A DNA stretch of 64,000 bases from an uncultured Nitrospiraceae bacterium (GTDB lineage Bacteria > Nitrospirota > Nitrospiria > Nitrospirales > Nitrospiraceae), in contig CAWJWJ010000002.1 in the NCBI GenBank assembly GCA_963846575.1, positions 192,001 through 256,000 of the forward strand, read 5' to 3'. The stretch's first letter is position 1. Every line of letters begins with the position of its first letter. The notes under the pieces were generated by a model that saw only the letters and a program-made list of their open reading frames with translations, searched no databases and had not been told where the DNA came from. The position numbers and the translations under genes were made by a program. This document shows positions 55,083-62,920 of the stretch, piece by piece.

Positions 55083-55562
55083 ATGAAAGCGAAAGCAGGG
55101 GTCATTGAGTTCCTGAATCAGGTTTTGAAGTCGGAATTGACGGCAGTGCATCAATATCTACTGCACTCTGCCATGTGCAAAAGTTGGGGGTATGGACGGC
55201 TCCATGAGCATTTTCAACACCTTGCCAATGAGGAGGTCGGCCATTCTTCTGGTTTGATCGATCATCTTCTCTATCTCGAGGGGACTCCTGATGTCGCGCA
55301 TCTTGATCAGGTCAGCGGAGGGAGCACGGTGGCGGACCTGTTGAAGGCGGATCTTGAATTCGAGCGTGAGGATGTGGAACTGCTTCGGGAGGCTGTTGCG
55401 CACTGCTCTAAGGCGGGCGATTTTACGACGCGGCATCTGTTCGAGCACATGATCATCGATACCGAAGAACACATCGACTGGTTCGAAACACAGCTGCGCA
55501 CGATCGACCAGGTGGGACTGCCTGCCTATTTGGCCGAGCACATTAAAGCCGACAAAAATTAA
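55083..55562 (+). CDS. bfr: Bacterioferritin subunit, ferroxidase type lacking heme Met
   Basis: E18, E51, H54, E94 and H130 kept (DTEEH at 126-130); V52 replaces Met. Confidence 0.9.
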   Translation: MKAKAGVIEFLNQVLKSELTAVHQYLLHSAMCKSWGYGRLHEHFQHLANEEVGHSSGLIDHLLYLEGTPDVAHLDQVSGGSTVADLLKADLEFEREDVELLREAVAHCSKAGDFTTRHLFEHMIIDTEEHIDWFETQLRTIDQVGLPAYLAEHIKADKN

Positions 55563-55578
55563 TGGATGGACCCGCATC

Positions 55579-55620
55579 AAGGCCGGCCGTCTTGCCCGTT
55601 TGATGCAGACGGCTGGCCTT
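55579..55620. terminator. Stem-loop between convergent bfr and AraC genes
   Basis: AAGGCCGGCCGTCT...AGACGGCTGGCCTT inverted repeat; only short T tails. Confidence 0.5.
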
Positions 55621-55809
55621 ATCCTCGGCTACGCGGGGCTGTTCCTCCTACCGAATAGTTGACCTCCGTTCATTTCAGCGTCTGCTTGAGGCTTCCACGC
55701 TCGCTTCCCTGGTTCTTCGCTCGACCTGCCTTCCATGACCAACGCAGACTTATCTTGGATGTCAGCAATCCGAGTGATACGGCTCTCCGAGGAGTCAAAC
55801 CACGCGCCA

Positions 55810-56319
55810 CTAGGCCGGACGGTGCTGCTGCGCCCGAAATCCAAGAGGCGAGTGCCCGGTGGCACGTTTAAAAAAATGGCTGAAAGCGATTTGATTCCTG
55901 AACCCCAATGCCACCGCAATTTCCGATACCGTGTGTCCGGTGGTGGCCAATAACATTCCGGCCTGTTCGACACGTTGCCGTTTGACATAGCCAGAAAACG
56001 ATTCCCCCATTACTCTGTGAAAAAGGCCGGAGGAATACTTTTCCGAGTAGCCCAGGAAACGCGCCAAAATTTTGAGTGTGATCCCCCTGTTGAGATTCTT
56101 GCTGATGTACCGGGCGATGGTCTCGGACAGCGCGTCGCCCGCGGGCGGGGTCTCTCTTTCCTGCTCCAGCGAATTTTCCAGATTGAAGAGAAGGCACACA
56201 AGGTTGAGCAAATCCTGTTTCGAGCGGGCTTGGCTGATACGGTCGGCCCAGTGGGGCGCATGCGGTCGGAGTTCCGAGGAGAGTGCTTCCAGTCGAGCAA
56301 GGGGAATGATTGGAGTCAT
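55810..56319 (-). CDS. Short AraC-family transcriptional regulator
   Basis: LA..LG.S..Y...LF...G.SF..Y....R...A..LL......VSEIA..LGF.....FS.FFKR.TG.SP..FR. Confidence 0.88.
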   Translation of the reverse strand: MTPIIPLARLEALSSELRPHAPHWADRISQARSKQDLLNLVCLLFNLENSLEQERETPPAGDALSETIARYISKNLNRGITLKILARFLGYSEKYSSGLFHRVMGESFSGYVKRQRVEQAGMLLATTGHTVSEIAVALGFRNQIAFSHFFKRATGHSPLGFRAQQHRPA

Positions 56320-57173
56320 CGTTTGGCCGTTCGTGAGAAGTAAAGGTTGCTATCTCGTTGCTTCGGGGATTCGTGAGAGGCCGTTCTCGTGCTCTGAGCG
56401 GGCCCTCGGGTTGCCTGGGGAAGAAAGGAAAACTGGTTGAGTGCTTGCTCGTCGAGTAAGCGGCTGAAGGTTGCGAGCAGAGCCGGGTCGAATTGTGTCC
56501 CTGAGGATGCACGAAGAGTTCGCAGCGCAGCGTCAAGCGACTCCGATCGACTGGCGATTGCGTCGAAGCTGTCCGCGATGGCAAGGATTCTGGCTGCTAG
56601 AGGAATGTAGGTGCCCCGGAGTCCATAGGGGTACCCTGCTCCGTCCCAGCGCTCGTGATGATGAGCGATGAGCATTGCCGACTCAGAGAGAAATCGATAG
56701 GGACTCAAGAGTGCCGCACCCGCACGGGGGTGGCTCTGGACAAGGACATATTCTTCCAAAGTTAGAGACGAGGCCTCGTCGAGAAGCCCGGCGGGGAGGG
56801 TCAAGAGTCCAATGTCGTGGAGAAGCGCCGCATACTGTAAGGAGGTCACCTCTTCGTCGGTCAAACCGACCGCATGAGACATGACCTCAGCATAGTGGGC
56901 CGTACGTTCTCCGTGACCCACATGGTCGGGGAACGACGCTTCGAGTTGTCGTGCCACATGTCTGAGTTCCTGCAGCCGGACCTGCTTCAGCAGTTCATCA
57001 GGCAACCGTCGCTCATTCAGAGCCGTCAGCTGTGACGCGATTTCCCGCATGAGGTCTATGGTGCAGTTAGGGGCTTCTCTCGAAGTCAGCATAAGTAGGT
57101 TCCCCGGAAAGGCAGAGCCCGAGAACACTGTTGTGATCTCGGGCTCTGGGTGCAAACCTCTGGCCGCAGTCAT
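56316..57173 (-). CDS. HD-GYP domain protein (putative cyclic dinucleotide phosphodiesterase)
   Basis: H..R.A, LHDIG, HP, HHERWDGAGYP, RILAIADSFDA; ATGA overlap with AraC; start uncertain. Confidence 0.87.
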   Translation of the reverse strand: MTAARGLHPEPEITTVFSGSAFPGNLLMLTSREAPNCTIDLMREIASQLTALNERRLPDELLKQVRLQELRHVARQLEASFPDHVGHGERTAHYAEVMSHAVGLTDEEVTSLQYAALLHDIGLLTLPAGLLDEASSLTLEEYVLVQSHPRAGAALLSPYRFLSESAMLIAHHHERWDGAGYPYGLRGTYIPLAARILAIADSFDAIASRSESLDAALRTLRASSGTQFDPALLATFSRLLDEQALNQFSFLPQATRGPAQSTRTASHESPKQRDSNLYFSRTAKR

Positions 57174-57201
57174 AACCGGAATTAAATGTTTCGTTAGGTC
57201 A

Positions 57202-57717
57202 TCAGTGCTCTGTGCGCTTCCCCGCCATTAGGGGTTGTTTGAGCACCCACATCTCATAGATGGGGATCACAAACATGATCAAAAAACCGACTGTCATGAA
57301 CGTATCCCCCGTAAGCATGGTGAGGACAAAAAAAGGAGACACGTAACTGATCATCCAAGGGGAGACGAGATCCAGCATGACTCCACCGAATGAAATCCAT
57401 GTCGTAACCACCTTGAGGCGGTTACTGGTATTGGTGAGATAGAGTACGTGCACCAGGATGATGAAGACCACGGGCATCGTGAACAAGTGAAAGTGTGTGA
57501 TCTCGGCGAGCTCGCGGAATGACATGGGCTCGCCGAATGTCGCGTTGGAACCACGGTAGTGATCGGCAATGCCTTGAGGCGACAATCCGGTCATACTGTG
57601 AGCCCAGAAAAAGGAGAATGTGAAGCCGGCTAACATCAGGGCGAGGAAAAAGGTGTAGACCAACCGGATATGGCGATCCGAGTCCCGGAGGCGAAAACGA
57701 GAGTTAAAATTGCGCAT
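57202..57717 (-). CDS. Four-TM membrane protein with His residues
   Basis: Hydrophobic helices; ITHFHLFTM...LVHVL segment. Confidence 0.7.
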   Translation of the reverse strand: MRNFNSRFRLRDSDRHIRLVYTFFLALMLAGFTFSFFWAHSMTGLSPQGIADHYRGSNATFGEPMSFRELAEITHFHLFTMPVVFIILVHVLYLTNTSNRLKVVTTWISFGGVMLDLVSPWMISYVSPFFVLTMLTGDTFMTVGFLIMFVIPIYEMWVLKQPLMAGKRTEH

Positions 57718-57729
57718 CTCGGGTGAGGC

Positions 57730-58407
57730 TCAGTTTCCAAAAATAGATTTGAAGAAGCCCTTCTCGGATTTTTGGGCTGTAATAGTGTCGCTGCCTTGAC
57801 CCATGGGTTTGAGGTAAAACTCATCGACGAGCACTAACACTCGTTTAATTCCGGCGCTCATGGAACGGACAGACATGGTGGCTCCGCTGATATTGATGAT
57901 ATCTTTATTAATTCGCACCGGATCCAATACCGATTTGCCTTCGTATTGTGAGTTAAAACGCTTTGTCCGTACCTCGCTCCCACGTGCTTCCCGGAAGATG
58001 AGGAGCTCAATATTCGAGACGCGGCCTCGAGCATCCACCCCGACCATATATGTCATGGGCTTGTGTTTGCCGATGGTATTCTGTATGAAGGCATAGCCAT
58101 CGACGTGCCCGCCGGTCTCGCCAATATACACATCAAATGCTTCCTCGGGAAACTTCCAGCCGATTCGGTCTTCGATTACCGATTTCTTGTCTATCGGAAC
58201 CTGTAGCTGTTCCTTTCTGATATGTCCGGACTTCGGAAACATCAGTTTAACTGCCTCATCCTCTGTCAGGTATACTTCGGCCATCAGCATTTCTTGATCG
58301 GTTAAATAGCGCTTGAGCTCGCTATCCCAAACGCGCTCTGCAAACACTTCGACCGGAGATAGCGCGAAGACTATTATCAGCCAGATAATGAGCGGTAGAG
58401 CCTTCAT
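57730..58407 (-). CDS. Exported FMN-binding (flavinylation substrate) protein
   Basis: Signal peptide ending VFA; E.RG..V....F..Q..GK then ISGATMS [S/T]GAT motif. Confidence 0.85.
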   Translation of the reverse strand: MKALPLIIWLIIVFALSPVEVFAERVWDSELKRYLTDQEMLMAEVYLTEDEAVKLMFPKSGHIRKEQLQVPIDKKSVIEDRIGWKFPEEAFDVYIGETGGHVDGYAFIQNTIGKHKPMTYMVGVDARGRVSNIELLIFREARGSEVRTKRFNSQYEGKSVLDPVRINKDIINISGATMSVRSMSAGIKRVLVLVDEFYLKPMGQGSDTITAQKSEKGFFKSIFGN

Positions 58408-58868
58408 GTGGGCACACAGCCTTGTTCGGTTAGCTTTGCGTTGATTCTATCGATGATTTGATTCGTGGCCTCTTCCGATGGTTCTGCGGGCCACCATTTG
58501 GTGGCTTGTGACGTCGCTCCGCCGCGGGCGTGCCATCGCTGCCGGGTTTCCAAGACACTTACAGAGGCCACGTCGTTCGTTCGCTTCACGGCCACGCTCA
58601 TGCGGGCTCGTTCCCTATTCCCAAAGCCTTCGCGGCTAAAGATTCCAAACGATCGCTCTGAGAGAGGTGCGACATCCATCCATGCACCTTCGATCAGCCC
58701 TTTGCCCTTGTCGGACGAAGCAACGGATTGCCCCTTCATGGTATCGAGTGCGGCATCCCATACCACGTCATAAGAGCACACATAATATTGGTCCCGGCTC
58801 CCGCTCAGGGCGGCGCAGCCAGACAAGAGAATGGTAAGAGCTGTTACTGCAAGGCGTGAGGTGCGCAC
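58404..58868 (-). CDS. Lipoprotein of unknown function
   Basis: AAGGAG RBS, GTG start, MRTSRLAVTALTILLSG-C lipobox; ATGA overlap with the FMN-binding gene. Confidence 0.75.
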   Translation of the reverse strand: MRTSRLAVTALTILLSGCAALSGSRDQYYVCSYDVVWDAALDTMKGQSVASSDKGKGLIEGAWMDVAPLSERSFGIFSREGFGNRERARMSVAVKRTNDVASVSVLETRQRWHARGGATSQATKWWPAEPSEEATNQIIDRINAKLTEQGCVPT

Positions 58869-58893
58869 GGCGTCTGCTACTCCTTGTAATTCG

Positions 58894-58926
58894 GAGCGAT
58901 CCCTCCCTAGGAGAGAGGGATCGCTC
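58894..58926. other. 12-bp intercistronic hairpin after the porin gene
   Basis: GAGCGATCCCTC/GAGGGATCGCTC with no T tract. Confidence 0.6.
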
Positions 58927-58935
58927 GCGTCGAGG

Positions 58936-60411
58936 CTAGAAATACGTTGCTGCTGAAAGCACAACTGCACTGTCGTGAATTCGTTCCCCGGTATTCGGAT
59001 TAAATGCCTTGGGCATGTACTGATAGCTGATCTTAAAGACCGCATCCTCGACGGGGCGATAATTCAGGCCGAAGGAGATTTGCTCCAACTCTCCCTGATT
59101 TTCGCCGCGATTATCGCGGTTTAAATTTACGCGGTCATACCGAACCACAGCCGTGAATGTGGATCCTTCTCCAAATCGCCTCGGTGAAAATTTAGACAGA
59201 AACGCCGGCATGAAGTGGTAGTTGCCTTGGACGTAGAACCCTTGCATTCGCTGCGGAGGGGCAGCAAATGAGTTCAATGTGTTCAGACCACTCAGCAACG
59301 TGCCAGGGGTTTGGAAAGTTGCACCTTGAATTGCACGAGAGTTGCCTCTCGAATACGCCCAAGCCGCTTCGCCGATAAGCTCGAACGGCCCCCGTTGAAG
59401 CGTCCAGTCTACTGCTGCGATGCTCAGTGGGTTGTAACTGGTGGGAGATGCATTCCCGAAGTAGCCGGACCCTGCGATCTCGACGCCGAGCATAGGGCTG
59501 TAGGCCATGCGACCGGATACAGCTTTGCCATTATTAATGTCAAAACCGTCATCTGATCCACATTTGCGTTGACGGGAATTCTTTGTGCCGTTCTCCTCAC
59601 TGATACGTGGAGAGCCATCTTGATTGTAACCGCAAGGACCTGTGGTCACATAGAACTCATAGTCCAACTTGCTCGTGCGGCCCGGATAGAGGGTGCCGTA
59701 AAACCCAGCGCCCGTTTCGGACATTGTTGACGGGATGATCAAGCGGCTGACAATTGGCCGATCGGTCAAATCGTTCAAAGGCGAGTCATGCAGCAAGTTA
59801 AATTTGCCGATGGGAATCAGCAAGATACCTGCTCGGATGTTAAAAGGTTCATTTACAAGATAGTCGATATGGGCGAACTCCAGGCTGATTTCGTTGTCAC
59901 TGGTCCCTCTAATCCCATGCTCGATTTCGATTTCAGAGGCAAACTTCACATGCTCCGTAATGTCTGCATAAATGAAGGGCACGAAACGCTGTTGATCGAA
60001 TCCGTTCGTCGTACCATTGCCGAAGCCGCCGGTCTCTAGGACGCCTCTACGGTGCGAGCGGTACTGGATGTCCATGTAGCCGCCCACAATAGCTTTTGGA
60101 GCTGCGACGAAGGGCTTTGCGTATACGAGGCGGCCCGAACCAGTTGAACCAAAGCCCAGGGCAGGTTGTTTGTCAGCCCGTCGTTCTTTGCCTACATCAG
60201 GAAGGTTGCCAATCCCGGGTTCCTCAGCCTCTGCGATCGGGCGCTCCCGTCGCTCCATGACACCTTCCCGTCGGTCGTGCTCGTGCAACCGCTGTTCTAC
60301 TGCTTCATCTACTAACTTTTTGATTTCCTCCGGGGTCATGTTTTCCGCCAATGCCGGCATGGCCGGTAATGTAGCCAGAACGAGAGCCCCGAGGAGTGCC
60401 CGCATCTTCAT
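58936..60411 (-). CDS. Outer-membrane beta-barrel porin-like protein
   Basis: GGAGG RBS, signal peptide ending ALA, periplasmic helical segment, amphipathic strands (SEIEIEH, LEFAHIDY, FGLNYRP), C-terminal ATYF. Confidence 0.85.
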   Translation of the reverse strand: MKMRALLGALVLATLPAMPALAENMTPEEIKKLVDEAVEQRLHEHDRREGVMERRERPIAEAEEPGIGNLPDVGKERRADKQPALGFGSTGSGRLVYAKPFVAAPKAIVGGYMDIQYRSHRRGVLETGGFGNGTTNGFDQQRFVPFIYADITEHVKFASEIEIEHGIRGTSDNEISLEFAHIDYLVNEPFNIRAGILLIPIGKFNLLHDSPLNDLTDRPIVSRLIIPSTMSETGAGFYGTLYPGRTSKLDYEFYVTTGPCGYNQDGSPRISEENGTKNSRQRKCGSDDGFDINNGKAVSGRMAYSPMLGVEIAGSGYFGNASPTSYNPLSIAAVDWTLQRGPFELIGEAAWAYSRGNSRAIQGATFQTPGTLLSGLNTLNSFAAPPQRMQGFYVQGNYHFMPAFLSKFSPRRFGEGSTFTAVVRYDRVNLNRDNRGENQGELEQISFGLNYRPVEDAVFKISYQYMPKAFNPNTGERIHDSAVVLSAATYF

Positions 60412-60545
60412 GGGTATCCTCCATCCGCGAGTTAGGGTTAGGTGTGACTCGGGACTCAAAGGTCTCTGGTCTATAAAGAAAACATGAGTATGAGATCGAT
60501 GATCTGGATGTGTGCCGGTGACGATGCCTCCTTTGCTATGTCGAA

Positions 60546-60725
60546 TCATGCTGTGACGGTGCCCCAGCCTTCGATCGAGGTGAATGGAATGACGACGATG
60601 CGTTTGCAACGTTTGCATTTCAACTCAAGCCCTTGCCCGCGAACCTTGGCGATCAGCTGCCCGCATTCGCAACGAGTCTCACTGCCATGACAGGACGGGA
60701 GCGTCGGGGGCGTCGTGTCGATCAT
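60546..60725 (-). CDS. 59-aa Com-like Cys4 metal-finger protein (absent from the ORF track)
   Basis: Hand translation MIDTTPPTLPSCHGSETRCECGQLIAKVRGQGLELKCKRCKRIVVIPFTSIEGWGTVTA; RCxCGxLIA...ELKCxRCK resembles the Mu Com finger. Confidence 0.75.
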   Translation of the reverse strand: MIDTTPPTLPSCHGSETRCECGQLIAKVRGQGLELKCKRCKRIVVIPFTSIEGWGTVTA

Positions 60726-60763
60726 AGGTTCGGCTATTCTTCTGCTGTGGTTTTAGATGAAAT

Positions 60764-60805
60764 TGAGAACGATTATTAGTATCTCGATGGAGTCTGGAAT
60801 GTCAA
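60764..60805 (-). promoter_or_regulatory. Promoter with overlapping Fur-like box for the finger-porin operon
   Basis: Minus strand TTGACA at 60805-60800; TGAGAAC-G-ATTATTA (60764-60778) matches the 7-1-7 Fur consensus at 11/14, over the -10/+1 region. Confidence 0.6.
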
Positions 60806-60873
60806 GTCTGTTGTGCGGGTCGTTCAGGCCCTGCCGGCGTGCATTCTTGAACTGCGGTACCTATAATTAGTTT

Positions 60874-61500
60874 ATGGTTCGACATATGCTTGGGCCCGTG
60901 TGCTGGCTGGTGATGGCGCTCACAGTCTGGTTGGGCGGCCCGTCGGGGTGCATCCGGGAGGTCTCGGCCGTCGCTAATCCAGAGGCAGGTCCGACCGTGC
61001 TGGTCGTGGGGCGCGCCCTGTCAGTGATCACCGGGGACCGTTCCCGGCGGTTTGAGCCGGAAGTGCGTCGCATGGAGCTCATGCAACGCCGGACCGGTCA
61101 GCGATACCGTGTGATGGTCAAGGGAGAGGATAAAATGTTTGCCTTTTTTCTTCCGGCAGGAGACTACGACATTACGCGAGTGCAAATTAACGAAGGGCCT
61201 TTTCTGTCCATGGCGAAGATGTCCTCCTCCTTCACGCTAGGACGTGATCCTGTCGCGTATGTCGGGGACTGGCGTTTTGGAGTCGAGTCACCGCGGTATG
61301 GACGTATGATGCTGGTGTCCATGGAAGCTCAAGACGACACGCGAGAAGTCGTCGTGCGCAAGATTCGAGAGGAGTATCCTGACCTCGCCGCGGCACCCCT
61401 GACCACCGTAATCCCTTCTCCCGCAGAATCACAGACCCGGCTTTTCGAAGTGTCGCCCTATCCCCGAGTCCCCAAATATTTTCAACGCCATAACTGGTAG
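60874..61500 (+). CDS. Exported hypothetical protein, possibly a lipoprotein
   Basis: Hydrophobic N-terminus ending PSG-C; LPAGDY and YVGD segments. Confidence 0.7.
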   Translation: MVRHMLGPVCWLVMALTVWLGGPSGCIREVSAVANPEAGPTVLVVGRALSVITGDRSRRFEPEVRRMELMQRRTGQRYRVMVKGEDKMFAFFLPAGDYDITRVQINEGPFLSMAKMSSSFTLGRDPVAYVGDWRFGVESPRYGRMMLVSMEAQDDTREVVVRKIREEYPDLAAAPLTTVIPSPAESQTRLFEVSPYPRVPKYFQRHNW

Positions 61501-61510
61501 GAGGGGTTTC

Positions 61511-62542
61511 GTGCCGATTGTGAATTCCACCATCGCGAATGGTCTTATGCTCGTGCTTCTGTTGGGGACGGGATGCGCCGGCGGCGAGGTCCGCCCTACC
61601 CCGGTGGTGGTCAAGCGCACCCAGATGCATATGGGCACTCTTGTCACGGTGACGGCGGTTGCACCCAACAGGTCCGGCGCGCAAGAGGCGGCGTCCGCGG
61701 GATTTCGAGAGATCCATCGGCTGGAAGAGTTGCTCAGTACATGGATCGCGACCAGCGAAGTGTCTCGTGTGAATGCAAAGGCCGGGAGGGAGGTTGTCGC
61801 AGTCGGTGCGGATACGATGCGTCTTCTGGAAAAGTCGCTCGAAATGGCTCGATTGACGGAGGGCGGCTTTAATGTCCTGGTGGGGCCCGCCGTTGAGGCG
61901 TGGAGCGTGATAGATCGGCAGCAAGTTCCATCGGACGCGACTCTGCATGCGATTCGCCCGCTCACGGATCTGAGATCGCTGCACCTGAATCCCGAGCAGG
62001 GGACAGTCTATCTGGCGAAGACGGGTATGCGGGTGGATGTCGGCGGTATTGGAAAAGGGTATGCCGCTGACATGGCTGTCGCTGCGATGCAGAAGAGCGG
62101 AGCGACGGCGGGGGTCGTCGCCATATCCGGTGATATCAAGACGTTTGGAAGGCTTCCCGGCGGCACCAAATTTCCCTTCGGCATTCGCCATCCCCGGCGA
62201 GAGGACACTGTCCTGGGATTCATCGATCTTCAGGACGAAGCGATTTCGACGGCTGGAGACTATGAACGGTATTTCGAACGGGACGGGGTACGCTACCATC
62301 ACATTCTTGATCCGGTGACCCTGCAGCCGGCACGTGATTGTCAAAGCGTCACGATCGTCGCCCGGGATGGGATCACGGCGGATGGGTTGGATACCGGGGT
62401 TTTCGTGATGGGGCGGGAGCGGGGGCTGGCCCTGATTGAACAGTTGCCGGGAGTCGGCGCGGTTATCGTAGATCGCGAGGGAAAGGTTTGGGTCTCTTCG
62501 TATCTCGCAGGGAGGATGAGGATCAATGATGTTCGCGAGTAA
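61511..62542 (+). CDS. apbE: FAD:protein FMN transferase
   Basis: Lipobox GTG-C, MGT, SEVSRVN, DVGGIGKGYAAD, STAGDYERYF, YHHILDP, ADGLDT. Confidence 0.93.
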   Translation: MPIVNSTIANGLMLVLLLGTGCAGGEVRPTPVVVKRTQMHMGTLVTVTAVAPNRSGAQEAASAGFREIHRLEELLSTWIATSEVSRVNAKAGREVVAVGADTMRLLEKSLEMARLTEGGFNVLVGPAVEAWSVIDRQQVPSDATLHAIRPLTDLRSLHLNPEQGTVYLAKTGMRVDVGGIGKGYAADMAVAAMQKSGATAGVVAISGDIKTFGRLPGGTKFPFGIRHPRREDTVLGFIDLQDEAISTAGDYERYFERDGVRYHHILDPVTLQPARDCQSVTIVARDGITADGLDTGVFVMGRERGLALIEQLPGVGAVIVDREGKVWVSSYLAGRMRINDVRE

Positions 62543-62909
62543 GTGGCCCGGTTGCGACCGTTTCCGCCTGTATCTGGTTGGGACGCCGTTCGAGGGAATT
62601 CGGCAGCCGAAAAGGGTATTCGGTTCGATCCTGGCTGGAGTGGTCATGCTGGTGGCCTGCAGCTCGGGCGGTAAATATTTCCAAGACGGCGTGAATGAGG
62701 CGACGCAAGCCATGGTTGGCAAGCGGTACGGCACGCCTCACAAGGTTCGCTCCTACGACGGCGGTGAAACCTGGACCTATTTCGAGCGTGGGAGTGGGAC
62801 CGCAGGGTTCAGCGGGCAGGTGCGAAGTGCTGCATGTCAGGCGTATGTCCTGACGTTCGATACGCAGACCGTGTTGCGAGGCTGGCAGAAGCAGCCTTGT
62901 GAAGGTTAG
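62526..62909 (+). CDS. Small putative lipoprotein (SmpA/OmlA-like pattern)
   Basis: LVA-C lipobox, YG.P, ETWTY, L.FD...VL; start uncertain. Confidence 0.6.
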   Translation: MMFASKWPGCDRFRLYLVGTPFEGIRQPKRVFGSILAGVVMLVACSSGGKYFQDGVNEATQAMVGKRYGTPHKVRSYDGGETWTYFERGSGTAGFSGQVRSAACQAYVLTFDTQTVLRGWQKQPCEG

Positions 62910-62920
62910 TCGGTTCCCTG

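Noticed and set aside
55629..55988. 119-aa ORF overlapping the AraC 3' end, considered as a frameshift extension
   Set aside because: AraC is complete in its own frame; no motif or slippery site recognised
60431..60442. Telomere-like GTTAGGGTTAGG
   Set aside because: Under two full units; best explained as the loop of the porin leader hairpin
60412..60618. N-terminal extension of the porin ORF, including an in-frame ATG (60549) overlapping the finger-gene stop and a His-rich stretch
   Set aside because: ATG 60411 has a GGAGG RBS and a clean signal peptide; the extension overlaps the finger gene and would bury the signal. Coupled initiation at 60549 is not strictly excluded.
61232..62734. 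500-aa minus-strand ORF
   Set aside because: Antisense shadow of apbE and neighbours; no motifs
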